Source of the DNA: a virus | Lineage: Duplodnaviria > Heunggongvirae > Uroviricota > Caudoviricetes | DNA: 64,000 bases | IMG/VR virus record: IMGVR_UViG_2687453424_000001 | Reading direction: 5' to 3' (one strand) | In this document: positions 52,235 to 64,000 of the stretch, one piece after another | How the letters are laid out: every line of letters begins with the position of its first letter | Position numbering within the stretch: the stretch's first letter is position 1 | The notes under the pieces: generated by a model | Told to the model about the DNA's origin: nothing | Seen by the model: the letters and a program-made list of their open reading frames with translations, nothing else | The model's database searches: none | Program-made: the position numbers and the translations under genes

Positions 52235-55200
52235 ATGGCGGAGCCAAATCGGAGTTCACCTTCCGCCTCCGCCTCCGCCTCTGCCTCCTCCTCCTCTTCA
52301 TCTTCGTCTTACAGGGAGGATTCAGGCGGTGCGGCCGGGGCGGCGGCGTCGTCTTCGGGTACTTCTTCGCAGGTTCGAGAGGAAGAGGAAGGGCAAGATC
52401 ACGAGTATCGGCAGCATCTGCAGCATTTTCATAACCCTGAGCTAGAGAATCAGCACATTGACCTAGTTTCTTATAGAGGTAACTTATCTGGTTTCGATGA
52501 TTCGTCAACGGTGATTGGAGACGACACGTGGTCTTGCATCATCGTGGTTCTCACTTTTTGGTTTTTCGGTTAGTACCCTTTTCCCCTTTCTCATGAATCG
52601 CTCGTTCTTTACATTTGAAAGTAAAAGCTTTTATCTTATGTTGATTCTTTTCGATTGATTTTCTTTTTGAATCGAACAGTGTCTATGACTTTGATTTTGG
52701 GTGTTTACGGGGCGGTGAATATACGGGTCGGTCCGAATTGTTCCCTTCTACTTCAACCGAATCCTATTTTTGTTCAGAGTGTAAAGGTGATTTGCCTTTT
52801 TCTTTTTTCCTTTCTAATTTTTTGATTCGTTTCATGCTTTTTCTTTAAAGGGAAGGGTGGTTTTTGGGTCTATATCTTATTTGGCTTTGTGTTAGGTTGA
52901 GGAGGTAGATGATACCAAGCCAGGGCTCAAACTATATGGATTTTATAAATCTCCATCTCTTGATGTAGTGACTACCTGGTCTGAAACTCGTACCGCTACT
53001 GTTCAAGCTGATTCTCACAAGGCAAGTTCGGTTTCTTGTTCTGTTTTTTGCTTGAATGTTTTGGTTCTGAACTTGTATTTCATTTCCCAAATTTTTTTTA
53101 TATTATCCAGGAGTGGATTCATTATCTGAACAGGGGCTCTCAAGTTAATATTTCATATAATGTGAACTCAGCAGGCTCCTCTGTTTTCCTTATAATTGCT
53201 CAAGGTATCCTGAAACACTAAAAGCTTTTTCAGAATGTGTTTCTCAAAGAATTATTTTCACAAAGTGTGTGTGGAAATGCTGTAGATTAAGTAATTGAAT
53301 CCTGGGAATCTGATGCTTTAATTCATTTTGTCACATTGCAGGCAGTGAGGGCCTTTCTCAATGGCTTGAGGACCCAACATATCCTAACACCACTTTGTCG
53401 TGGAACATTGTTCGTGGTGAGATGGAAATGCAAAAGTATGAATGTTCTTACTATATAGAGTTTTATGCTGACTTTGATATTACTTTTCGGCAGGAAGTGG
53501 TATGATTCAGCAGGATATATATAGATCTTCAAGTTACTATATTGCACTGGGTAATTTGAACTCAGAGGATGTGGAGGTAATTGAAAAAATTTGACCTGCC
53601 GAGCTTGGTTTGTTGTTTTGGTTCTTTCATTGAAGTTCTGCTAAAATATTTGAGATATTGAGATCAAAACTTCATTGTCTTCTGTTACCAACCTCAGAAA
53701 AGAAACGTTTCATGGTGCTTGTCCCTTTTGATTTGTCAGAATTGATATTATGATATGATTGAAGAATCGGATTAACTTACTAAGAAAGGGTTACTTTAAT
53801 CCATTTAAGCAATGCTACATTGTAACTGTGGTGGAAATATTATAAGTGCAGCAATGTCAAGTAAAACTTTGGGCTGAGGAGGGTGTTTATTTCTGCAAGG
53901 CTGCAGTTATAGAAGTATAGGAATCTATAATATGGATTGACATTTTTATGGTAAACATGAGAACATAAATGCTGCAAGTCTCAATTTACTTTAAAAGTTT
54001 GTATGAATGTCAGATGGACTAATGGGCAAAATTGAATAGCCATGGATCCATTTTCCTAACAATTATTTAAGCATATGACTTCAAAATATTAATTCCAAGA
54101 AACTCAGAACCTGCCAAGTCAGGTTTGAGAGGCAGGTATATATAATGGATATCTCAAGTTCAAGTAAATGCGCTGTAGGTGACAAAAAAGCCTATCATTC
54201 TCTCAGATTTCACTGAACCTTTTCTTTTTATTAGATGCTGTTCCCTTGCCCTTTTTTGTGTTCTTTGGTTTCATCTTTTCACATAAAAATTGAGTTGATT
54301 TTAACATTGAACAGGTGGAGTTAAACATCACAGTCAGGGCTTTCATCTACAATACAACTGAAGCTTACTACAGATGTACCTTCGGTAATGGCCTGTGTAG
54401 CTTGAGTGTTTTGTTTCCTCAGGGAAATTCTGTTGTCTTGACTTCTCCAGGTCTAGAACAGGTAAATCTCTTTTTATTTTAAACCTAAATCCTACTTTCT
54501 ATGTCTTTCTTGAGATTATGTCGTTTTGAAGGCTGTTACAGCGGCATTCCTATGTTATTAGGCATGATAAATATATGTTCTAATGCTTCCGTCTGTGCTG
54601 AATAATTTCTTATCTTTTGAAGTGCTATACTGAATAATTTCTAAATCCTGTTTTAGAAAGTCTTTTCATTTTCTGTTCTCCCTCTTTTTGGCTACTTCAG
54701 AGTACATCTGCAGATGACTGGTCTGTCAGATTGTCATATGGACCAAGATGGATTATATATATAGTTGGCATTGGTAAAGTTCTTTCTTTTAATTACTCTA
54801 AATGCGCAACCTTTACAAATGTTTCATGTTTAAATCTTGAATTCTAATTTTCTTCTTAAAGGTGGAATGACAGCAATCATGTTGGTAGCCTTCAACTTCT
54901 TAAACAAGTTCCAATTTACCCGTGGAGGTGAAACAAATCTTCATTATGGGGAGAATGCTTCTGCAAGGGCCCCTCTGCTTTCTAACAAAGATGATGATAT
55001 CTCAAGTTGGGGTTCATCCTACGATTCTGTCTCAAGTGATGAGGCAGATCTTGAAGATTTTCTGGCAGCAGGTTCTGTTGAAGGGACATCAATAAGAGAA
55101 GGTGAAAACAGTAACAATACCCGACGTCTTTGTGCAATTTGCTTCGATGCTCCAAGGGACTGCTTCTTCCTTCCTTGTGGGCACTGTGTGGCTTGCTTTG

Positions 55201-55463
55201 CATGTGGATCTAGGTAACTACTTTGCATCCTCACCTTTTTTACACGAAAGGTTGCTTTGGAAATAGTCTAGCTTCATTCTTAACCCTGCTCCCAATTTAC
55301 AACAGCAGGCTGTTCATCACCCTTAATGGTTCCCAGAACTTGAAATTTGCTCCTATCTGATGTTGTGCTGTAACTGATCTTTTGCAGAATCGCAGAGGCT
55401 GCTGGAACTTGCCCCATTTGCCGTCGGAACATGAAGAAAGTGAGGAAGATTTTCACAGTATAA
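52235..55463 (+). CDS. Plant APD-like transmembrane RING-type (C3HC4) E3 ubiquitin ligase gene, predicted 10 exons, ~488 aa
   Basis: Manual gene model: exons 52235..52568, 52680..52786, 52896..53021 (GC donor), 53111..53204, 53342..53416, 53494..53576, 54315..54461, 54701..54773, 54862..55213, 55388..55463, total 1467 nt in frame. Acceptors are AG and donors GT apart from one GCAAGT. The C-terminus carries RING motif [41 protein letters not shown] split by the last intron; hydrophobic segments and a Ser/Ala-rich N-terminus are present. Individual splice boundaries are less certain than the gene call. Confidence 0.7.
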
Positions 55464-56742
55464 GTCACATTGAGCTCCTTTGCCAGCAGCAGAGCTTGCA
55501 CAGCCTGCCTGCTTCAATGAGTTGCAGTACGTTTTTGATGGGTCACTGCTTTTTATGCTCAAGTAAATGACACTCAGAAGGGGGATTATAAGCATTGATT
55601 TTTTTTAAAAGATGGAAGGAGCCATGCATTTTGTTTCCCTGGATGGCCTTCCACCATGTAATACTATCATCGGTACATAATGTTCGAGTAGACCAAGTCA
55701 AAGCTTCCAATGTAACTCTTTTCATTTCCCCCCCATTGATTACCAATTTAAGGCGCAGCAACTTCAAACTGAGATACTGTACCTTCCTGTCCTTCATTCT
55801 TTGGTATCTTTCAGCCTTCTCAACAGCATCAAGTAAACGACTAATCCAATCCCGTTTTTAATGCTTTTAGAGTATTTCTTACTATATTTTTTAATATTAT
55901 ATTCGAACATTTAATTCAATAATAAATATAAATATCTTTTTATTTAAAAAATAAAGTCGAATCCTTTATTAAAAAAAAAAAGGGTTCGGATGTCTTTTTT
56001 TTTAAATAAATAAAATTCAAATTTAATCAAAACTTAATCAATTTGTTTTATATTACAGTTTTAAAAAACAATAGTAAATCTCATAATAATTATGCATTAG
56101 AATAAAATTAAATATTTAACTGTTTTGATTATAATAAATTAAGGATGAAATGACAGGAGGGAGAAGGAAGATTTGCTTCTTTTTCTTTTTTCCACGAGGA
56201 AGTGGACTGGCGGAAAGAGAGTCAAAGCCATAGTTGACAGAAGTTGCAGTAGACAAGTTCGAGAAGCTTTCCTTTTCCTTTCTCTATTTCCCCCCACCTT
56301 CTGAACGTGGGGATCAAGATAACTATGGCCAACAAGATTGGAAACGAGCGGCGGCCTTCACTGCCTTCCTCCCAGCCTCTTAATATACTTTCTTTTTTCC
56401 CATCCCTGTTTTTGGCCCACCGCTTCTTCAGACCATGGTCATAATCATGACAGTGACATCAAAGTCAAAATTTTATTGTTAATAAAATATAACCTAATGT
56501 TTTTAGTCAACAGATTAATTGAACTAACTTTGACTACTTTATTTAACGAATTGCACAAAATCAACCAAGTTCGAGCTAGTTTATAATTAATTTATTCATA
56601 TTATTAGTTAAATTTAATTAAGTAAAATTGTGATATTTTATAATTTGATTCGAATAAGTTTTAAATTAAAAAATTAGGTTTGGACAATGATCACAAAATA
56701 TTTGTTTTTCGAATTTGATTATAAATGTTATTTTTAATAATT

Positions 56743-59700
56743 NNNNNNNNNNNNNNNNNNNNNNNNNNNNNNNNNNNNNNNNNNNNNNNNNNNNNNNNNN
56801 NNNNNNNNNNNNNNNNNNNNNNNNNNNNNNNNNNNNNNNNNNNNNNNNNNNNNNNNNNNNNNNNNNNNNNNNNNNNNNNNNNNNNNNNNNNNNNNNNNNN
56901 NNNNNNNNNNNNNNNNNNNNNNNNNNNNNNNNNNNNNNNNNNNNNNNNNNNNNNNNNNNNNNNNNNNNNNNNNNNNNNNNNNNNNNNNNNNNNNNNNNNN
57001 NNNNNNNNNNNNNNNNNNNNNNNNNNNNNNNNNNNNNNNNNNNNNNNNNNNNNNNNNNNNNNNNNNNNNNNNNNNNNNNNNNNNNNNNNNNNNNNNNNNN
57101 NNNNNNNNNNNNNNNNNNNNNNNNNNNNNNNNNNNNNNNNNNNNNNNNNNNNNNNNNNNNNNNNNNNNNNNNNNNNNNNNNNNNNNNNNNNNNNNNNNNN
57201 NNNNNNNNNNNNNNNNNNNNNNNNNNNNNNNNNNNNNNNNNNNNNNNNNNNNNNNNNNNNNNNNNNNNNNNNNNNNNNNNNNNNNNNNNNNNNNNNNNNN
57301 NNNNNNNNNNNNNNNNNNNNNNNNNNNNNNNNNNNNNNNNNNNNNNNNNNNNNNNNNNNNNNNNNNNNNNNNNNNNNNNNNNNNNNNNNNNNNNNNNNNN
57401 NNNNNNNNNNNNNNNNNNNNNNNNNNNNNNNNNNNNNNNNNNNNNNNNNNNNNNNNNNNNNNNNNNNNNNNNNNNNNNNNNNNNNNNNNNNNNNNNNNNN
57501 NNNNNNNNNNNNNNNNNNNNNNNNNNNNNNNNNNNNNNNNNNNNNNNNNNNNNNNNNNNNNNNNNNNNNNNNNNNNNNNNNNNNNNNNNNNNNNNNNNNN
57601 NNNNNNNNNNNNNNNNNNNNNNNNNNNNNNNNNNNNNNNNNNNNNNNNNNNNNNNNNNNNNNNNNNNNNNNNNNNNNNNNNNNNNNNNNNNNNNNNNNNN
57701 NNNNNNNNNNNNNNNNNNNNNNNNNNNNNNNNNNNNNNNNNNNNNNNNNNNNNNNNNNNNNNNNNNNNNNNNNNNNNNNNNNNNNNNNNNNNNNNNNNNN
57801 NNNNNNNNNNNNNNNNNNNNNNNNNNNNNNNNNNNNNNNNNNNNNNNNNNNNNNNNNNNNNNNNNNNNNNNNNNNNNNNNNNNNNNNNNNNNNNNNNNNN
57901 NNNNNNNNNNNNNNNNNNNNNNNNNNNNNNNNNNNNNNNNNNNNNNNNNNNNNNNNNNNNNNNNNNNNNNNNNNNNNNNNNNNNNNNNNNNNNNNNNNNN
58001 NNNNNNNNNNNNNNNNNNNNNNNNNNNNNNNNNNNNNNNNNNNNNNNNNNNNNNNNNNNNNNNNNNNNNNNNNNNNNNNNNNNNNNNNNNNNNNNNNNNN
58101 NNNNNNNNNNNNNNNNNNNNNNNNNNNNNNNNNNNNNNNNNNNNNNNNNNNNNNNNNNNNNNNNNNNNNNNNNNNNNNNNNNNNNNNNNNNNNNNNNNNN
58201 NNNNNNNNNNNNNNNNNNNNNNNNNNNNNNNNNNNNNNNNNNNNNNNNNNNNNNNNNNNNNNNNNNNNNNNNNNNNNNNNNNNNNNNNNNNNNNNNNNNN
58301 NNNNNNNNNNNNNNNNNNNNNNNNNNNNNNNNNNNNNNNNNNNNNNNNNNNNNNNNNNNNNNNNNNNNNNNNNNNNNNNNNNNNNNNNNNNNNNNNNNNN
58401 NNNNNNNNNNNNNNNNNNNNNNNNNNNNNNNNNNNNNNNNNNNNNNNNNNNNNNNNNNNNNNNNNNNNNNNNNNNNNNNNNNNNNNNNNNNNNNNNNNNN
58501 NNNNNNNNNNNNNNNNNNNNNNNNNNNNNNNNNNNNNNNNNNNNNNNNNNNNNNNNNNNNNNNNNNNNNNNNNNNNNNNNNNNNNNNNNNNNNNNNNNNN
58601 NNNNNNNNNNNNNNNNNNNNNNNNNNNNNNNNNNNNNNNNNNNNNNNNNNNNNNNNNNNNNNNNNNNNNNNNNNNNNNNNNNNNNNNNNNNNNNNNNNNN
58701 NNNNNNNNNNNNNNNNNNNNNNNNNNNNNNNNNNNNNNNNNNNNNNNNNNNNNNNNNNNNNNNNNNNNNNNNNNNNNNNNNNNNNNNNNNNNNNNNNNNN
58801 NNNNNNNNNNNNNNNNNNNNNNNNNNNNNNNNNNNNNNNNNNNNNNNNNNNNNNNNNNNNNNNNNNNNNNNNNNNNNNNNNNNNNNNNNNNNNNNNNNNN
58901 NNNNNNNNNNNNNNNNNNNNNNNNNNNNNNNNNNNNNNNNNNNNNNNNNNNNNNNNNNNNNNNNNNNNNNNNNNNNNNNNNNNNNNNNNNNNNNNNNNNN
59001 NNNNNNNNNNNNNNNNNNNNNNNNNNNNNNNNNNNNNNNNNNNNNNNNNNNNNNNNNNNNNNNNNNNNNNNNNNNNNNNNNNNNNNNNNNNNNNNNNNNN
59101 NNNNNNNNNNNNNNNNNNNNNNNNNNNNNNNNNNNNNNNNNNNNNNNNNNNNNNNNNNNNNNNNNNNNNNNNNNNNNNNNNNNNNNNNNNNNNNNNNNNN
59201 NNNNNNNNNNNNNNNNNNNNNNNNNNNNNNNNNNNNNNNNNNNNNNNNNNNNNNNNNNNNNNNNNNNNNNNNNNNNNNNNNNNNNNNNNNNNNNNNNNNN
59301 NNNNNNNNNNNNNNNNNNNNNNNNNNNNNNNNNNNNNNNNNNNNNNNNNNNNNNNNNNNNNNNNNNNNNNNNNNNNNNNNNNNNNNNNNNNNNNNNNNNN
59401 NNNNNNNNNNNNNNNNNNNNNNNNNNNNNNNNNNNNNNNNNNNNNNNNNNNNNNNNNNNNNNNNNNNNNNNNNNNNNNNNNNNNNNNNNNNNNNNNNNNN
59501 NNNNNNNNNNNNNNNNNNNNNNNNNNNNNNNNNNNNNNNNNNNNNNNNNNNNNNNNNNNNNNNNNNNNNNNNNNNNNNNNNNNNNNNNNNNNNNNNNNNN
59601 NNNNNNNNNNNNNNNNNNNNNNNNNNNNNNNNNNNNNNNNNNNNNNNNNNNNNNNNNNNNNNNNNNNNNNNNNNNNNNNNNNNNNNNNNNNNNNNNNNNN

Positions 59701-60502
59701 NNNNNNNNNNNNNNNNNNNNNNNNNNNNNNNNNNNNNNNNNNNNNNNNNNNNNNNNNNNNNNNNNNNNNNNNNNNNNNNNNNNNNNNNNNNNNNNNNNNN
59801 NNNNNNNNNNNNNNNNNNNNNNNNNNNNNNNNNNNNNNNNNNNNNNNNNNNNNNNNNNNNNNNNNNNNNNNNNNNNNNNNNNNNNNNNNNNNNNNNNNNN
59901 NNNNNNNNNNNNNNNNNNNNNNNNNNNNNNNNNNNNNNNNNNNNNNNNNNNNNNNNNNNNNNNNNNNNNNNNNNNNNNNNNNNNNNNNNNNNNNNNNNNN
60001 NNNNNNNNNNNNNNNNNNNNNNNNNNNNNNNNNNNNNNNNNNNNNNNNNNNNNNNNNNNNNNNNNNNNNNNNNNNNNNNNNNNNNNNNNNNNNNNNNNNN
60101 NNNNNNNNNNNNNNNNNNNNNNNNNNNNNNNNNNNNNNNNNNNNNNNNNNNNNNNNNNNNNNNNNNNNNNNNNNNNNNNNNNNNNNNNNNNNNNNNNNNN
60201 NNNNNNNNNNNNNNNNNNNNNNNNNNNNNNNNNNNNNNNNNNNNNNNNNNNNNNNNNNNNNNNNNNNNNNNNNNNNNNNNNNNNNNNNNNNNNNNNNNNN
60301 NNNNNNNNNNNNNNNNNNNNNNNNNNNNNNNNNNNNNNNNNNNNNNNNNNNNNNNNNNNNNNNNNNNNNNNNNNNNNNNNNNNNNNNNNNNNNNNNNNNN
60401 NNNNNNNNNNNNNNNNNNNNNNNNNNNNNNNNNNNNNNNNNNNNNNNNNNNNNNNNNNNNNNNNNNNNNNNNNNNNNNNNNNNNNNNNNNNNNNNNNNNN
60501 NN
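56743..60502. other. N-run, 3760 nt
   Basis: Uninterrupted n characters. Confidence 1.
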
Positions 60503-61171
60503 AATTATTTTAAATTTGAATTTTTATGAATATTGGTAATTAAATTTGAATGTTAAATATATTAATTGAATTCGGGTAAACTATATAATTAAATTTTAAT
60601 GGAATTCGGGCATCTATTTGGTGATATTCTTTAAGTCTTTCTTAAAAAAAAGAAAAACAATTAAGGGCAAATAAAGTACAATTAATTATTTGCCATTAAC
60701 AGCTTAAAATAATCAAATGCGGAGAAAGACTGCTGTGCCGCTACTTCCAACGAATGAATGGAAACCCGCCTTCCCACGTCAGCACACTTTCCCCGAACCG
60801 GGGTTTTCGCATAGCGAAATTGCGTGGCCTCCAACCCTACTATACACTATGTCTGAATCTCCTTTTAAGATTGCTTGAAACCTCTATCTCCACCGTCCGA
60901 TGGAAATATCATTTACCAGGATGAACATCGTAGGCCAAATCAGGAAGAGTGTACGTAAACTAACCCACAGGGTAAGTCTCCTCACTTCCAAGCAAGAACC
61001 ATTCAAAACTCTCGTCTACTTAAACCTATCTCTCGCCACCTTCTCTGCTTCGCCTCTTCTCTCCCAATTCCTTCAATTATCTTCTATTTGGGTTTTGTTT
61101 TTGGATTTTGATCTTTCCATTTGCAAAGGAAAAAAGCTCGTCTCTCTTTCTGTTTCTGTAGCTTTTTGGGT

Positions 61172-62101
61172 ATGGCAGGAACCGGGGTGGTTGCTGTTTA
61201 TGGAAACGGGGCGATAACCGAAACCCACAAGTCTCCTTTCTCAGTGAAAGTTGGGTTGGCGCAAATGCTCCGAGGCGGGGTCATCATGGACGTGGTCACC
61301 CCGGAACAAGCCCGCATCGCTGAAGAAGCGGGAGCCTGCGCCGTCATGGCTCTCGAGCGAGTCCCGGCCGATATCCGAGCTCAAGGCGGTGTGGCCCGAA
61401 TGAGTGATCCACAACTCATCAAGGAAATTAAGCAAGCGGTTACTATCCCCGTCATGGCTAAGGCCCGTATTGGTCATTTCGTTGAGGCCCAGATCCTTGA
61501 AGCCATCGGAATCGATTATGTTGACGAGAGCGAAGTGCTTACCCCAGCCGACGAAGAGAACCACATTAACAAACATAATTTTCGGATTCCTTTCGTTTGC
61601 GGGTGTCGGAATTTGGGGGAAGCGCTTCGGAGGATCCGGGAAGGAGCTGCTATGATTCGAACCAAAGGAGAAGCTGGGACCGGCAACATTATCGAAGCCG
61701 TTAGGCACGTGAGGTCCGTGATGGGAGACATTAGGGTGCTTAGAAACATGGATGATGATGAGGTTTTCAGCTTCGCTAAGAAAATTCAGTCCCCATACGA
61801 TTTGGTCATGCAGACGAAGCAACTGGGGAGGTTGCCCGTGGTGCACTTTGCTGCCGGAGGAGTGGCGACGCCGGCTGATGCGGCGTTGATGATGCAGTTG
61901 GGCTGCGATGGAGTGTTTGTGGGGTCTGGGGTTTTTAAGAGTGGTGACCCGGCGAGACGGGCCCGGGCTATTGTCCAGGCCGTCACTCATTATAGTGACC
62001 CGGACGTGCTTGCTGAAGTTAGCTGTGGGCTTGGTGAGGCTATGGTTGGTCTTAATTTGAATGATAAGAAGGTTGAGAGGTTCGCGGCTCGGTCTGAATA
62101 A
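61172..62101 (+). CDS. PDX1: Plant pyridoxal 5'-phosphate synthase subunit PDX1 (SNZ/PdxS family), intronless, 309 aa
   Basis: Uninterrupted ORF; from [42 protein letters not shown]... to ...VERFAARSE it is near-identical to plant PDX1 as I recall it (Arabidopsis PDX1.3). The track ORF starts 17 codons upstream at 61121, but the conserved start is the Met at 61172. Confidence 0.9.
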   Translation: MAGTGVVAVYGNGAITETHKSPFSVKVGLAQMLRGGVIMDVVTPEQARIAEEAGACAVMALERVPADIRAQGGVARMSDPQLIKEIKQAVTIPVMAKARIGHFVEAQILEAIGIDYVDESEVLTPADEENHINKHNFRIPFVCGCRNLGEALRRIREGAAMIRTKGEAGTGNIIEAVRHVRSVMGDIRVLRNMDDDEVFSFAKKIQSPYDLVMQTKQLGRLPVVHFAAGGVATPADAALMMQLGCDGVFVGSGVFKSGDPARRARAIVQAVTHYSDPDVLAEVSCGLGEAMVGLNLNDKKVERFAARSE

Positions 62102-63817
62102 TGTGTTTGAAGCTTTTCGGGCTACGTGGAGGTGAGAAATTCCACTGTTATTATATTTAATTTTTGTCTTTTTTAAGCGTTTAAGCTTGAAAATTTGATG
62201 GTATATAATGTATTTGATTTTTAAGTTGAATAATTTTTGTCTAGTAGTGAACTTTCTACTGTTCTTTTATTGGTTTTTGTATGTCAAATTTCTGAATTGG
62301 GAAATGGATTGGGTTATTAGCCGTGAATGGGGTATGACTGCTTTGTTTCTCTTTGGTGACATCAATGGTGATTCTTTATGCAAATAGTAAAGCTGCCTGC
62401 TAAAGTGATGAGTTTTTGAGAGATACTTGGCTTTCCTGTTCTTTTCGTATTGTTTACGCATACATAGCTTTGGATTCTACTATACTTTCCCGATTTTCAA
62501 CATAGTTTGGTGACGATTTGGACTGCACCATTTTGATTATAATAAGTTGTTGATGCATTTCATTGAACTTCTACTGTGATGTTTTGTTGTCATATTCTTT
62601 TGTTACAATTTTGAAGTAGTTGGGAGGTAGTGATTGATAGCAAAAGGTGACTTGATGTTACTGGATTTTGACATAAATGATACTACTATAACATGCTTCC
62701 AAAGTGATGCTTGTAGTTAGTTGAGCTTCTGAATGTGAAGTCATTTATTCATTCCTCCCAATTTGTCCACTTGATGCTGGTATATTGGATTTTTGTTGTT
62801 AGTTTTTTGCTTTCTGCCGAATGCTTCATACGTTACTTGCTTTTGATATTTGAGCAATGTTTTGAAGCATTCATCATTGTGGAGAGGTTTTGATTGCCTT
62901 TGCAGGAATCCTTTCACCATGGGACTGGTACCATCGCCTGCATTATGTGCACTTTTTCCAGATTATGCAAGTCAAAAGTGTAGTTTTTGATACAGTGGGG
63001 TGTACCTTTATGTCTAAATGGATGTTTTCGATAAACTCTGCTGTTTCGTTATCTCTTTTAAGATTGCTAGGAATTATAACAGCTTGTCTCTGCATTCTGC
63101 AAGTATACTCATGTAATTTTTCGTTAATTAGGCTCTACAGAAACTTTACCTGCATTTTCAGATGGTATTGGTCCATGGTTTAAGTGGCTTTGCTGGTTAC
63201 CAAATTTTCTTTTTGTTCCATCTTGATGCATGTATGCTATCCTACCTGCTGAATAAAATTTTCCATTACTTGGTCATCTAGCCTGTAATTATTTTTGTTG
63301 CTGGTAGCCCCCTGGTTTTTCCTCCTAGGAGAATCTCCCTGATGAAAAGCATACAAGACTAGTGCATAGACACTTCATATACTGTTTTAATTGAGATGAG
63401 TTATAGCCTTATTTTCAAACCCGAAAACCAGATCTGATCTGAAATTAGCTTGAACCTGAAATGACTTTGAACTTGTAATGTTCTGAATCTATAATTCAAA
63501 ACGATCCAATCTACTTCTTCTAACAGAAATGAGATTCCTACTTTAATAAGCCATTTCTCTCAACTAAACATGTAAACATGTTGTAATTGGGGATGACGGA
63601 CGGAAAGGTGGGTGGGGTTATGTGCTGCTGGTTTTAAACAAGATTTCCCCATTAAAACATGTTGCGAAGAAGAGGCATATGAATTCAATAAAAAGATCTC
63701 AGAACTCTGAAGCTAACATGAGCGAATTACAACAAACAGAAACTTGCTGATTAGCAAGGCTCGTAACTACTTCACAATTAGTAAAAACTTGAGCAGAAAC
63801 GACTCTAGCTCCTCAAA

Positions 63818-64000
63818 TTACTCTTTGCCCACGGCTTGTAAGAGAAGGAGCAATTGAAAAAAGTAGTACGAAGCACCCCCAAGCGTAGCATATTGCAACT
63901 TTTCAGGTCCTTCCACTTCCGGGAAATCACCATCTGCAGCACGATTGAATCCTCCGGCCAACCACCCCAAGTTCTTGTATCCTCCCTCGTATAACTTTGA
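63818..64000 (-). CDS. Possible 3'-terminal coding exon of a plant gene running off the window edge (rhodanese-like C-terminus?)
   Basis: Minus-strand frame open from the window edge to a stop at 63820..63818: SKLYEGGYKNLGWLAGGFNRAADGDFPEVEGPEKLQYATLGGASYYFFQLLLLLQAVGKE*. Resembles the end of a rhodanese-like domain followed by a hydrophobic tail; weak recollection only. Confidence 0.3.
   Translation of the reverse strand, partial: SKLYEGGYKNLGWLAGGFNRAADGDFPEVEGPEKLQYATLGGASYYFFQLLLLLQAVGKE

Noticed and set aside
52116-52508. Alternative ORFs overlapping APD-like exon 1 (52116..52445 plus strand, 52194..52508 minus strand)
   Set aside because: Low-complexity Pro/Arg-rich translations of the Ser/Ala-rich exon in other frames; only the 52235 frame continues into the hydrophobic segment and splices in-frame to downstream exons.
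61241-61990. 249-aa minus-strand ORF overlapping PDX1
   Set aside because: It lies antisense to a highly conserved PDX1 CDS and its translation is low-complexity; it is a shadow ORF.

Overview
About 36.4 kb of this 64 kb window is N (nine runs), and the readable remainder is a composite of three unrelated kinds of DNA. I do not find a novel biological system; the best-supported interpretation is a chimeric or contaminated draft scaffold. (1) 1 to ~28757 is bird-type (sauropsid) nuclear DNA: CR1 LINE fragments on both strands, a 5'-truncated olfactory-receptor fragment, GC-rich satellite-like repeats, other avian interspersed repeats and two degenerate (TTAGGG)n tracts, with no intact vertebrate gene. 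(2) ~28758 to ~43946 is an F-plasmid-derived BAC cloning-vector backbone of pBeloBAC11/pBACe3.6 type: lambda cos, sopC, sopB, sopA, incC, repE, ori2, the 3' part of resD/redF, and the Tn9 cat gene. (3) ~43947 to 64000 is AT-rich plant (eudicot-like) nuclear DNA: a truncated first exon of an LMBR1-like gene, a ten-exon APD-like RING E3 ligase gene, an intronless PDX1 gene, and a possible terminal exon at the window edge. The large ORFs in the supplied track that cross N-runs are translation artifacts. All homology calls are made by eye from memory of protein families, with no database search run.
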